DNA of 64,000 nt from an archaeon (GCA_029258795.1 JAPDKB010000002.1:172192-236191); one strand, 5' to 3'; numbered from the stretch's first letter, positions 49,301 through 58,506 are shown. Numbers and translations: made by a program. The notes: generated by a model from the sequence alone, not told the origin.

Positions 49301-52300
49301 GAGAACGTTAATGTGCAGTTTCCAAGGCCAAAGCAGTTTTTGGAAACACTCCCTATCTTCACTGTGAAGTTTCCGTGCAATGGCTGGCCATTTGTTGCGT
49401 TAATATAGTTTCCAGCCGTTATTGTGTAGATTGAGCAGTCGTCATCCGAAACAAAATCAGGAACTATGACATAGTCTTTGGTGAAATTGGCCGGCCACCT
49501 GACTTTCAAAATTGTGGAGTTTTTCCCATCAATTCCGTTGGGGTCTGTTAGATTAACCCTGACAACGTAGTCTCCTGCTTCCAGAGGAGCGTGGAACGCA
49601 TACTTATAGTGACCGGAAGTATTCGTGAAGACCAAAGCTTTTTTCACTTCTGCGGACTTGAAGTTTGCCGGATCGGCAAGCTTGTAGACCCTCACATAAT
49701 CAATATACAACCTGTCTGCCCTGTTGTCCGTCCACTGTCCTTGCGAAAAGAACAGTTTTTTGGGATTGGAATGATAGTTCGGAAAGTTAACCGAAAACGA
49801 GTTTACCTCGTCATAATACGTAACTGTCGGTGCAAAATAAAGCCTTTCAGTCCTCCACTCACCCGGGACCACAGTCCATGGAGAATAGCCCATATCCACT
49901 GCATTTCCACTATCATCCACTTCGTATATCACATGCCTATAGTCCGAAGTATCTGTGTAGAAAGATGTGAGCACGGCCAACCCACTGTACACTGCTGGAT
50001 TTGCAACTACTGGGCTCATCATGTCCGCATTTTCAACAAGAGCAAATTTAGTGTATTCGGGGGTGGAATCCAAAATTTTCCATCTGTATTCCACAATTAT
50101 TCCCGTGGTGAACGTTTTTTTGCTCAATATCCTGTCGGAATCAGCAATCCCGAGCTTCCCGCCAAGCGAGAGATATCCGTTCTCCACCGTAAGGTTCAGA
50201 CCGGAATAACTGTCCCATTTGGTTGTGTTAAGGACAGAGCAATCGAACCCATCAAAAAACTCGAACACTCTCTCTGGATCGTGGTAGCCGCTCCATGTGG
50301 CAAGCGGATCGCCATAAGCGATGTTGATACCAGTAGAGCCGCTGCTCACATTGATCCAGATCACTGCGGTTTGGTTTGAGTAGTCCCACTCTTCTATCCA
50401 GAAATAAAGCTGGTTTCCGTTCTGGTCGAAAACTCGGATGTCTTCTCCTGTGCTTTTGACCCTATTCCAGAAGTTGTTGTTCGTGGCGGATATTTCTACA
50501 TCCCCCATTACATTGTAAACGGTCCAGTTTGTTCCGTTAATGACTATCCTGTAGTTTGCACTCTCTGATAGAGCGTTGGTTAGTGAGAAACCCATTTGTT
50601 CGGGCCAGGTTTCAGTGTTAGGGTTAATGATCTGATCATCTATCCAGATGAAAGCGGGGTTGTTGGAGACAGGACTGTTATCCTCATATATTGCTCTTCC
50701 GTAAACCAACACACTCTGGTTTGGAAGTGTAAAGGTAACGTTTTCGTAGGTGGTGATAGATATATTTCTCACACGATAAGTATAATTGGTATTTAGAACA
50801 CTACCTTTTATCCCATTGGCTGATACACCAGAAACATTAGCCAAGAAACTATAATGGCCGGTAATTGAAGGAGCAGTGCCAACAGTCTCGTTGGTTTGCC
50901 ATGTTCCATCACTGATATGCACAAGAGTGTAGTTCTTCCCGTCCACCTCTAACTGGAAGCTTCCGGATGTGACATCAAAATAATTCGTGCCGTTGAACTC
51001 TCTTATCTCCACGGTAAGGTTGTAGCCTTCTCCCGGATTAAGGATATTGTCAAACTCTCCGTGCTCGTCCAGCAAGTTGAACCGGTCAAAAGTGAGATTT
51101 CTAACATCAAAAATGATGGATTTCTTGGCATTTCTCGCGTCCCAGACCGCGGTGATGTTGTGCACGCCCAAACTTGTGGGAGCTGTGAACGTGTAGGAGT
51201 AAACCAGAGCTTCATCGGACACTGTTTTACCAATAACAACACCATCAAGCAGGATGGTCACGTTCTGGTTTGGTGCTGCTAACACGTCAGAACAAACATA
51301 ATAAGAAGACAAGGTCTGGTTGGTCAAATAACCACAATATCTCGTTTCACCAGATATCGTCAGGGAATCCCCAGGATTCACCACCAGATCAATATCATTC
51401 AGAAAACCCGATATAGTAGTAGCCACAAACACCGAACCATTATCACCATGTTCGTATCCTGTTCCTCCTTTAGCTTCTATACTCCCATCAAACAGGAACT
51501 GACTGGCATAAATGGCTATTCTTCCTCCTGATCCTCCTCCGCCATCGTAATCAATATTTCCTCCATCGCCACCATCAGCATGTATCGTTCCATTTCCTTC
51601 CATCTTATTTACCACGATAAGAATAGAACCTCCCGATCCTCCTCCCGCTCCTTGCTTAGGAGAATCACCTTCCGTTCCACCATTCCCTCCGTTTGCAGAT
51701 AAGGTTCCATTTATGATGAAAATGTTCGTGACGTTCAGGAATATCATCCCCCCTCCATATCCTCCTTTAGCACCTTGAGCATTACCTCCTCCTGATCCAA
51801 AATCAGTTGGCCATGAATAAGAACCGTATGGAGAGCCGACAGAGTCCCATCCATAACCATCTCCTCCATATCCTCCGTATCCAGCTCCTCCACCACCCCT
51901 CGAGGTATCACTTCCGTAACTCGCTCCAGCACCTGGACCCTGCTCATTAGGATAACCCTTCCCACTGGCATCAATAACCCCTCCCGCATAAACTGTTAAA
52001 TTCTGTGCTGTTATGTTGACATTCCCCAAAATTTTCCCTCCGCTTTCGATTATGATCTCCTTGAAGTTTAAGATGGCTATTTCAAGCGGGTTTGTGGTCA
52101 GAACTCCGGCACTCTGGATTACAAGAGTTCCAGAACCAGATATCACTGTGTTGTTCGGAATGGTGTAAGTACTGTTGACATAACACGTGGTGGAATAATT
52201 TCCGGAGTCGCAGATGTGTACAATCACTGTTGTTGTGTTTTCCCCATAATTTCCGCTTGTATCTGTTATGTTAACTTTAATTGTATGAGTTCCCACTGTT

Positions 52301-52623
52301 AGCGAGCTTATTGTATAATTATAGTTACCATTCGAATCTGTGGTTGCTGTCCCACTCAATGAACTATCCACATAAACATAGACATCTGTGTTGTTTACTC
52401 CAGTTCCATTAGAATATAATGCCTGCCCGGAAATTGTTACAGTTTCTTCCGGTTTGTAAGCCGGTTTATCTAGGTTTATAGTAATGTTAATGGACGAGCC
52501 CTCCGTCTGGGCTGTGGCTGGAATGGAAGCATGGATGAAAATTGCAAGAAGCGAGAAAATGGTGAGCAGTGCCAAGTATTTCGTGCTTGCTCTTATCATT
52601 GCCTTTGGGCTATACTCTCTCAT
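43351..52623 (-). CDS. Giant (3090 aa) surface protein: signal peptide, Ig-like, Gly-rich and DUF2341-like domains, Cys-rich motif, TM helix, C-terminal HerA/DUF87-like ATPase
   Basis: Hydrophobic N-terminus; GGGSGG repeats; DIRVFDQNGNQLYFWIEEWD; many NTGN-type Ig motifs; CGNGVCEYGE...CPADC; TM followed by RRRK; GATGSGKT, DPTAQW, LIFDEVHRL and REFRKWGIGLMLISQ. Confidence 0.9.
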   Translation of the reverse strand: MREYSPKAMIRASTKYLALLTIFSLLAIFIHASIPATAQTEGSSINITINLDKPAYKPEETVTISGQALYSNGTGVNNTDVYVYVDSSLSGTATTDSNGNYNYTISSLTVGTHTIKVNITDTSGNYGENTTTVIVHICDSGNYSTTCYVNSTYTIPNNTVISGSGTLVIQSAGVLTTNPLEIAILNFKEIIIESGGKILGNVNITAQNLTVYAGGVIDASGKGYPNEQGPGAGASYGSDTSRGGGGAGYGGYGGDGYGWDSVGSPYGSYSWPTDFGSGGGNAQGAKGGYGGGMIFLNVTNIFIINGTLSANGGNGGTEGDSPKQGAGGGSGGSILIVVNKMEGNGTIHADGGDGGNIDYDGGGGSGGRIAIYASQFLFDGSIEAKGGTGYEHGDNGSVFVATTISGFLNDIDLVVNPGDSLTISGETRYCGYLTNQTLSSYYVCSDVLAAPNQNVTILLDGVVIGKTVSDEALVYSYTFTAPTSLGVHNITAVWDARNAKKSIIFDVRNLTFDRFNLLDEHGEFDNILNPGEGYNLTVEIREFNGTNYFDVTSGSFQLEVDGKNYTLVHISDGTWQTNETVGTAPSITGHYSFLANVSGVSANGIKGSVLNTNYTYRVRNISITTYENVTFTLPNQSVLVYGRAIYEDNSPVSNNPAFIWIDDQIINPNTETWPEQMGFSLTNALSESANYRIVINGTNWTVYNVMGDVEISATNNNFWNRVKSTGEDIRVFDQNGNQLYFWIEEWDYSNQTAVIWINVSSGSTGINIAYGDPLATWSGYHDPERVFEFFDGFDCSVLNTTKWDSYSGLNLTVENGYLSLGGKLGIADSDRILSKKTFTTGIIVEYRWKILDSTPEYTKFALVENADMMSPVVANPAVYSGLAVLTSFYTDTSDYRHVIYEVDDSGNAVDMGYSPWTVVPGEWRTERLYFAPTVTYYDEVNSFSVNFPNYHSNPKKLFFSQGQWTDNRADRLYIDYVRVYKLADPANFKSAEVKKALVFTNTSGHYKYAFHAPLEAGDYVVRVNLTDPNGIDGKNSTILKVRWPANFTKDYVIVPDFVSDDDCSIYTITAGNYINATNGQPLHGNFTVKIGSVSKNCFGLGNCTLTFSFGDPSYGCEQRGGNLTVVVHVENETALYFPHDDAFEYFFDEKTTTATLKAYDIVVYNVSTTQDKIVSFNMTINNTGRATMRNIRVERYSGSFNVTNTTLIPDVPPETAINITFYMTIPAGTSPATYKQVYKLIWNNNENSESFVYSNQQNVHVVGNPEITPNITAINDTMEHGTSRTYVILINNTGNAELYDVWINYTAKTLPSQTVSISPSYFSVIYPEESKTTCITITLPAGFPPGNYTGEINISANLGKFDERIKILPVNIQVPVNTTYSIKVFYPNSTQAPFLNLTFPLNTNGSAGYIIIRNTGNVPLNFTITYEDIAGYANPTRQDPKIMIIDKYYNGTVYNPSHVYLEEQEEKRIDFFQEGSYLATTYATNITFRNSTALPQERSAPLYMTYLDMPPYISDLAYKEMIEIGTQQVVTARFDDDQDMLSLIKMKVTHPNGTVTEIVCEQSPSIPDGYHSCVYTPDVGGVYTGELVACDSGSKCSSESFSFEALERTRLSITPATTNVRVDNVSLLEGRSISVLLNVTNEGNVNAYNINVTASPPPGTSWSVGKCARAQIAPNESMDCLLSLYITNGTPPSTYAIQPYVEWLNPNPSFYDKVSSDPVLINVTPTRIVNITSMSQSVTARHNATMLGWILVESQGNDNAENVTFACAYQPGLCPYVHFVPSTITSLSPGASGNVTVRIELPAGFAPGTYIPALRACTPEMCDEKTMEVSIPEDSSWEINATQLNIPAVANMSGNRALLIKNLGNVQLKFYFSLEGNITDVLSINETSTSLAKQNNYSLLLSWNKIPSANHYEGNITIQEVNYNQIMKVKVVMDVYEAELNVISPSQTDPYTNMLANEIIKVNVSFTLANNPISSDSEFHVYVDNEECTSTVSYSVGYWNMECVLPEVEDGKFHNLTVVATYNVYGFTVRATAVNSIHYKDITPPSITSTNETVKDGILSAEVKVKDNVGVSGVDATITYPSGAEEKLTLSYNSTKDVWKLGNYYLNESGDYQIAYTAFDSTGNNASVSVWVRDTPLITLAIISPNQTQVVMKKSNANFVFYNFTITNTKVVNVKQGLYDIEAISPYEEIMVNDANLTNDSILEITELNPKLVPLTGVKARYRAIMYNTDIPLKNITIVFNVLPYLDQVSDLSHLAVYKCTNYSVESGICESNFTMITPTINYARAEVRIDLNESDPLLVLAEPESEISAICGNGVCEYGESPYNCPADCPAPQPKVVSSGGGTTVVNELDEEELIEKLLEKLGKKDFVVQTQSIDLTLYQGEKTMKNIYVFNLLDKQAEFVATIYGDVIPLAKLYSPLIRVDAKREGYFIVEFDIPEDAETRTYTGVLKISAENQSTTVPITIKVLQKPEELMDMKINLLQDAVDPGDTLKVQVELFNLGKTKRVDANVTIELVDPDTLETVAAKTETMAVETSLTKILTLKIPENLEKKKYMVKATASYISASRPLQATAMQYVEVGVPFLEKKTPLGLKVKELAILMQMSGVIAGATYFYWQRRRKLAKKKMDTPIDVHHLPKPTTSSLFIGNIAGKAIRAFIHPNHLSTHVMIAGATGSGKTISAMVMAEELLLKGKSVIVFDPTAQWTGFLRKCKEDFMLKKYKEFGMKKEDARGFAGKIKVVEDAYEKVDVKELLSQKGRITIFVLNKLSHKEIEDFVVNFISSIFNSNMEESHELKAALIFDEVHRLLPKFGGTGKGFLAIEKATREFRKWGIGLMLISQVLSDFVGEIRANIGMEIQFRTRYENDLERVRMKYGDIYMASVVKAGVGTGMLVFSEYNRGRPYFVEFRPILHQVTRLSDEELAKYVAYDKKLERIRMIVKLLKAKGIDVFELETELKLADSKLAQGRFEMVELYLSSLEKNAFEKARIHGIDLKALKKEKISKEELESFVGKARVETAEDLAIYLSKLYEELKDKVVDLKAKGVDVFDAEMELETLEPKIRMASAEKNVKELRRIKERMERLKAGLFKVEEHV

Positions 52624-52936
52624 ACATACCTCCTGAAAAAAATCATGAGTTGTTGATATGTTAAGATATTTTCCGAAGAAAAACTATATATTTCTTAACC
52701 GACTCAAATCGGGTCGATTTCAACTGAGTGGGCAAAATCCTTAAGAACGGAATCGCTTCGTCAGCTTTTTACACAGGATTCGATAAGCAAAAAACTTCTT
52801 GCCCCTGTATGTATTCAAAACCACAGCAACCACCCTTTATCCCAGCGGGAGTTTGAGATTCTGTACGGAAATTCGGTTGGTGAACAAAAACAATATAAGC
52901 GGGGTTTGTTCAGAAAAATTTTTCGAGGTGATCGCC

Positions 52937-53637
52937 ATGAAAACCAGACCCCGCTGTGAATGTTGTTACTCACAAAACATTATAAAGTTTGGCACAAGAA
53001 AGACCAAAAGAAGAGGAAAGATTCAGAGATATAAATGCGAGGACTGCAATAAAACCTTCACAATAAATGACGGATTCAAGCACAACATTGTGACACATAT
53101 ACTATATTCTGTGGAAAGAACACTAAAGCATTGCTGCTTTGCACATGGATGAGCTTTCCATAAAGATGAAGAAAAGCTATTATTGTCTCTTCGATTCTTT
53201 TGACAAGCAAAGCAGATTTGCTGTGCTTTATTTATCAAGCTCAAGAAATGCTGATTCTGCTTTTAGCCTTGTCAAGCTCAGCCCTTTAGCAAATGAGATA
53301 ATAACCGATGGATTGGAGAGTTATCATAAAGCTCTGCTGAAATATTTTTCATCCAGCCCGAGAGAATATTTCAGAAAGCATAAGGTTTGTAAAACTGAGC
53401 TTAAATGGCTTAACAATCCTATTGAAAGATTTCAGTCAACCTTGTGTAGATTTCTTTACTTCAGCTGAGCTTAATGGTGAGAACATATTGTTTATTCCTT
53501 TGCTTTGGATTTATTATAACTTCGTGAGAGTCCATTCAGCTATTGGATCAACTCCTGCTGAGAGAGCTTAGCTCATAGCTTATCCTAGCTGGGTTGGGAA
53601 TGAAAAGGAAAGGCTGTTGTATCTGATCGAACCTTGA
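52937..53637 (+). mobile_element. Decayed IS transposase (N-terminal Zn ribbon + IS6-like DDE domain), frameshifted and deleted
   Basis: CECCYS..IIKFG...QRYKCEDC; in other frames HMDE, IITDGLESY, NNPIERF and YYNFVRVHSAIGSTPAE; internal stops. Confidence 0.8.
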
Positions 53638-53740
53638 ATTCTAGCTTTGGATGGATTTTTGTGAGGTTACCAACTGGAAATTCCTACAGAACATCTCGAC
53701 CGAACCATTATAAATTTTCTCTTTCATAATAAAAAAATTA

Positions 53741-54628
53741 ATGATAGCGTTAGATATCGGCGGGACAAAAACCACCGTACTCTTTTCTGACAAAGATAAG
53801 TTGCTCGAGTTCGAAAAGAAATACGGAGAAATAATAAAGGAGTCAAACAAAAAACAAAAATACTGTGTGATTCCAACATTTTTCAAGGAATCAAGAGAAA
53901 AGTTCGATGAGTTCTTCTCATTCTTAAAATCACTGGATAACGAAATAATCTCGACCTTCCCCGGAATAATAAGGATGGAAAAGGTTGAGGGGGAGTGGAA
54001 ATTCCGGCTTTATTCCAAGAGATTTCCATTCATGATAGGAGAGTACGTGGATGTTAACTTTGCAGTCAACGATGTTTACGCTTTTGCTTACCATCACGCC
54101 AAAAAGTTCTTCAAGGATGCTTACAATCGAAGAAAATCCATTCTGGTAATTCAAATAGGCACTGGAGTGAACGCGATTCACATGAACTACTACGATTACA
54201 AAGAGCTTCTCATCCTTGACAAAATATTTGAGGCAGGACACATCACTATGAGGCAGAATGACGGCAAATGTTTCTGCGGGAGAAAAGGGTGTGCCGAGCT
54301 TTTCATCTCCGGCAGATACTTGGAGAAGCTTGGTGGTGGAGACCCTGCAGCTGTGTTCAGAGATGAAGCACTGAAAAAGAAGTTTTACGAGAACCTCGCA
54401 AGCTATCTCAGCTCGCTGGTGATCCTAACGGCTCCTAACAAAATTGTGTTTGGTGGCAGCGTCGCTAAAAGTTTAGATACGGTGCTAATTCACAAGTTAG
54501 TGGAGGACAGATTTCCTCATTTCAAAATTCATCTGAACATAGAGTACGAGAAGGACCATTCGCGTTTATCTAATTTGAGGGGATTGTGCGATCTTTATCA
54601 TAGGTATAAAAAAGGTTTCTTGTCATAG
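53741..54628 (+). CDS. ROK-family sugar kinase-like protein
   Basis: ALDIGGTKT, ND, QIGTGV and EAGH...CFCGRKGCAE motifs. Confidence 0.85.
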   Translation: MIALDIGGTKTTVLFSDKDKLLEFEKKYGEIIKESNKKQKYCVIPTFFKESREKFDEFFSFLKSLDNEIISTFPGIIRMEKVEGEWKFRLYSKRFPFMIGEYVDVNFAVNDVYAFAYHHAKKFFKDAYNRRKSILVIQIGTGVNAIHMNYYDYKELLILDKIFEAGHITMRQNDGKCFCGRKGCAELFISGRYLEKLGGGDPAAVFRDEALKKKFYENLASYLSSLVILTAPNKIVFGGSVAKSLDTVLIHKLVEDRFPHFKIHLNIEYEKDHSRLSNLRGLCDLYHRYKKGFLS

Positions 54629-54740
54629 AATAACCTAATTTTTGTAAAAATTTTTTCAAAAAAATTTGTTAAAATTATATGAAAAATTCAACAATATTAC
54701 CGAAAATTTTATATATTTGTTTTAATCAAAATCTCTACCT

Positions 54741-55406
54741 ATGAAATATCTTGAGACATCGATAGTTTTAGACCTCGATGGGTGTCTTTATCCAAAGCGT
54801 TACGAAGTAGAATTACAGGAAAAATATGAATACCCGCTCCTTCGCGAATTTCTAGAGGATCGTGCTGGATTAAACTTCGAATCTAACGAAGAAATAAGGA
54901 ATTGGATAGAGAGACTAAAAGTAATTCATGGAATTTACGCTCACGAACTTGCTATTGCTCGCGAGCTAGGAATAGATGTAAATAAAATCATTCAGGATGT
55001 ATTTTATCAAATACCTGTTGAAAGGGTCATAAGGAAAGACAGAGAATTATCCGAACTTTTGGAACAGATTAAAAATCGCTACAAGGTCACTCTATTTACG
55101 GAGAGACAGGATAAATACCTTACTTCCAGAGTGTTAAACGCTTTAGGTTTGGATTTAGATTATTTCGACGATGTTAGTACGAGGGCAGAGAGACTGAAGG
55201 TCGGAGATCCGTCTAAATATAATCCTGCTGTGCATAAATACGTGTTCCGAGAGCACAAAGATGCCCATTATTTTGAAGATAATCCAGCATATCTTGAAAT
55301 AGCAAAACGTGCTGTGAGCGTCAATGGTAATAAAATAACACCAGTGCCTGTAAAGGATGATTTAAAGGAAAAACTGAATGCTTATATAACTCAAACTCTT
55401 AGTTAA
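54741..55406 (+). CDS. HAD-superfamily hydrolase (nucleotidase-like)
   Basis: LDLDGCLY motif I, T motif II, K motif III, FED motif IV. Confidence 0.78.
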   Translation: MKYLETSIVLDLDGCLYPKRYEVELQEKYEYPLLREFLEDRAGLNFESNEEIRNWIERLKVIHGIYAHELAIARELGIDVNKIIQDVFYQIPVERVIRKDRELSELLEQIKNRYKVTLFTERQDKYLTSRVLNALGLDLDYFDDVSTRAERLKVGDPSKYNPAVHKYVFREHKDAHYFEDNPAYLEIAKRAVSVNGNKITPVPVKDDLKEKLNAYITQTLS

Positions 55407-55409
55407 GAA

Positions 55410-56333
55410 TTAGAGTTTTCTTGCAACAGCGACGTGTATGTGAAATTCAGTTATGTCAATGCCTTGCTCATTGTTATTTTCTTTAATAACCCCCAACCCA
55501 CCTATTAGTTCCTTACCATTATTGGAAGATGCTTGCGAAACGGATGTATGCTTGACTATCTCATATTTTTCTAGTTCAAACATATTTTTTTAATGCTTTT
55601 TCAAATTCTTTCGTAAAAATTTTATTTAATAAATGCATTTTCCTTCTTTTAGTCAAATATGCAATTTCTTTGGCAATTCTTTTATGGGTTATCTCTACAT
55701 TACATGAAAAATAAAAACTAGCAGCTTTTTCGGGGTTTTCAATCCAAATTCACATGCCACTAACATCATTGGAGATAGCGAGGTCCTTTATTTTTTGATA
55801 TTTACTCTCGGGAATTAAAACAACACCCCGGTATTCGTCCTTAATCGCTGGTGCCAGTATACACCCTTCTCTCACAAGAGATTTTAGAACAAAAGTTGGA
55901 AATACCTCCACATCCAAAAAGTGAATAAATTTTCTGCCTTGCCGCAGGATGCGATAAATTTCTTCCACGGCGGTTTTTATATCCATATTATCAATACAAC
56001 TCAAGCCAATGACATAATCGAACACTTCATTTTTGAAAGGAAGTGTGGTGACATCCCCACATATAACCGCGGGTATGGTGCTGTGACGATATTTTGATCT
56101 TTTACACATCTCATACGAATGATCAATACACACTACTTCATTGTTTTCTAGAAAATGGGCGATATTTATTCAACAATTCCATTAAACATCCTTCTCCACC
56201 CTCCTATTTACAAGACTTTCGCATGTGAACGTTCTACATGGTTCTCCAATATTTCGCGAATCAGAACACCTTCTTGAGGCTTGAAAATTTTTCTGTATTC
56301 GTATATATGTTTGTATGGAGATTTATCGTCCAT
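55410..56333 (-). pseudogene. Class I SAM-dependent methyltransferase pseudogene
   Basis: Motif I reads KVL*IG-(frameshift)-GGEG; later GDVTTLPFKNEVFD...EIYRILRQG; several stops and frameshifts; C-terminus HIHVAVARKL*. Confidence 0.75.
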
Positions 56334-56392
56334 ATTTGTCAAGAAACATCTGTCGCAAAAGTTTTAAAACTAGTTTGTAGTCTAATCTGAAC

Positions 56393-57229
56393 ATGCCGCT
56401 GCTCACACCATTTGACCCGTGGAAGTTCAAGCTCTGCACCTGCCCGCCAAAGCTCTCCTTCAACCCCTATACAGGATGCGCTCATCATTGCCTTTACTGC
56501 TACGCCACCTACATTCCCCGCTTCTGGGAGGTGAGGGAGAAGAAGGACCTGCTGAAGCGGCTTGAAAAGGAGCTTGAGAAACTGCCTGCCGGAGCCATCA
56601 TATCCATGTCCAACAGCTCGGACCCTTACCCTCCCGTGGAGAGGGAGAAAGGACTGACGAGAAAGTGCATCGAGCTCATGAAGGAGCACGGCGTCAAACT
56701 GCTCGTTGTCACGAAAAGCGATATTGTAGCCAGAGATGCTGATCTGCTGGCAGAGATGAGGGCTGCTGTTGCCATGACCATAACCGGCAGAACAGCCCAG
56801 CAGCTTGAGGTGAACGCTCCGTCAATGGAGAAGAGGATAAAAGCGCTGAAAGTTCTGCACGAGGCAGGAGTGCCTGCAATTCTACGACTTGATCCTCTCC
56901 TTCCCTGGGCGGATGAAAGAGAGTGGATGGAGGTGATCGAGTCCTGCAGTTTCGTTGACCACGTCGTGACCTCAACTCTAAAGCTGAAAAAAGATGCGTA
57001 TTCCAGAATAATTCTTCACCATCCCGAGCTGAAAGAAACGCTGGAAGAACTTTACATAAAGCGCGGCCAAAGAATCAGCTCCTACTTCTACCTACCGAAA
57101 GAGCTGCGTGTTGAAATGTTGAAGAAGGTGGAAGCAAAATGCAACGAGCTCGGCATAAGCTGCGCTTTTTGTAGAGAGGGTGTGGCTTTCAAGGCAAGGA
57201 GCTGTGATGGGAGTCATCTGCTTAAATAA
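56393..57229 (+). CDS. Radical SAM protein (SplB/COG1533-like)
   Basis: NPYTGCAHHCLYCY, SDPYPP.E, TKS and RLDP motifs. Confidence 0.9.
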   Translation: MPLLTPFDPWKFKLCTCPPKLSFNPYTGCAHHCLYCYATYIPRFWEVREKKDLLKRLEKELEKLPAGAIISMSNSSDPYPPVEREKGLTRKCIELMKEHGVKLLVVTKSDIVARDADLLAEMRAAVAMTITGRTAQQLEVNAPSMEKRIKALKVLHEAGVPAILRLDPLLPWADEREWMEVIESCSFVDHVVTSTLKLKKDAYSRIILHHPELKETLEELYIKRGQRISSYFYLPKELRVEMLKKVEAKCNELGISCAFCREGVAFKARSCDGSHLLK

Positions 57230-57255
57230 GCAATGAGCGCCGCAAAACCCTTCCA

Positions 57256-57585
57256 TCACTCTAGAGGTTGAAGGGGCTCGTAGAGCTTTCTCATTTCTTC
57301 GAAATCCCTCTCCCGAATTATATGGATCTCAACGAACGGGTTGTCCTCACATGCCTTACGCAGTTCATCGTACAGCTTCCATCTCTTATCCCACATTTTA
57401 GCCGGGATCACAACCAGCACGTCCAGATCGCTGGAAGGCAATGAGCTTCCGCGCACCCTCGAGCCAAAGAGATAGCATCTCAGCCCGTGCTTATGACACA
57501 CGCGCTTTATGTTCTTAAGATAAGTATTCAGGTTTTTCTCAAATTTTTCTCTTTCCTCCTTCACTATATCCAACACTCTAGGCAT
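57256..57585 (-). CDS. Stand-alone MNT nucleotidyltransferase
   Basis: YLFGSRVRG...SDLDVLV and EIH motifs. Confidence 0.82.
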   Translation of the reverse strand: MPRVLDIVKEEREKFEKNLNTYLKNIKRVCHKHGLRCYLFGSRVRGSSLPSSDLDVLVVIPAKMWDKRWKLYDELRKACEDNPFVEIHIIRERDFEEMRKLYEPLQPLE

Positions 57586-57597
57586 CCTCACACTACT

Positions 57598-58506
57598 TCA
57601 CACAAGCTTCGGCAAATCTATCCCTTCTTTCTCCACCTTTTCCATCATCTCCCAGTGTTCCCTCACGTGCCTCTCCACCATCTCAATTATATCCTTCCTG
57701 CCAAGAAGGTGTTTAAACCTGCCCTGCAGCTTGAAGTACTCCTCCACGGGCTTGAATTCCTTTGGCTTGTAATTTATCTTCAGCTTTCCTTCCTCCACCT
57801 CGTAGAGCATCCACAAGCCCGTTTCGACGGCAAGCTTTGCCACTTTTATCGTTTTGCTCGGATCAACGTGCCATCCTATCGGACACGGTGAGTAGATATG
57901 GATCAATCTTGTCCCGCCCTCCATCTCATAAGCTTTTCTGACCTTGGCCTGCAGGTCGGCCCAGAACGCAGGATTGGCTGTTGCCACATACTTTGCGCGG
58001 TGCATGACCGCTATCATCGCTATGTTCTTCTTCCACTCCTGCTTGCCGGGAATTTTCTTGCCAGCAGGACTCGTGGTGGTTGAAGCACCGAAAGGTGTGC
58101 CTCCGCTCCTCTGCAGTCCGGTGTTGCTGTAAGCTTCTGTATCGTAAACTATGATGATTATATCCTCCCCCCTCTCCAGAGCGCCAGAAACAGCTCCGAA
58201 CCCTATGTCTATCATACCTCCGTCTCCACCCATGGCAACAACTCTGGTGTGATTGTTGCCCTGAGCTTTCAGCGCTCTTTTAACACCCGTAGCAACGGAA
58301 GCCGCGTTTTCAAACACAACGTGAATCCACGGCACCTTGAAGGACGTTTCGGGATAAGGGGTGGTTGTAACTTCCATACAGCCCGTGGCCTGACATATTA
58401 TCACATCATCGCCCAGCGCTTCAAGAACGTGCCTGAAAACTATGGCTGATCCGCATCCTGCACAGGTTCTGTGTCCGGGTGCAAACTGCCTTAGCCCTAT
58501 CCCCAT
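57598..58506 (-). CDS. porB: Pyruvate/2-oxoacid:ferredoxin oxidoreductase beta subunit
   Basis: GHRTCAGC, TPP-binding GGDGG, SNTGLQRS and SPCPIGW motifs. Confidence 0.95.
   Translation of the reverse strand: MGIGLRQFAPGHRTCAGCGSAIVFRHVLEALGDDVIICQATGCMEVTTTPYPETSFKVPWIHVVFENAASVATGVKRALKAQGNNHTRVVAMGGDGGMIDIGFGAVSGALERGEDIIIIVYDTEAYSNTGLQRSGGTPFGASTTTSPAGKKIPGKQEWKKNIAMIAVMHRAKYVATANPAFWADLQAKVRKAYEMEGGTRLIHIYSPCPIGWHVDPSKTIKVAKLAVETGLWMLYEVEEGKLKINYKPKEFKPVEEYFKLQGRFKHLLGRKDIIEMVERHVREHWEMMEKVEKEGIDLPKLV

Noticed and set aside
52692-52730. GGTCGATTTCAAC resembles the end of some archaeal CRISPR repeats and lies in a hairpin (AAATCG-GGT-CGATTT)
   Set aside because: Single copy with no repeat-spacer periodicity; more likely an operator, an IS end or chance
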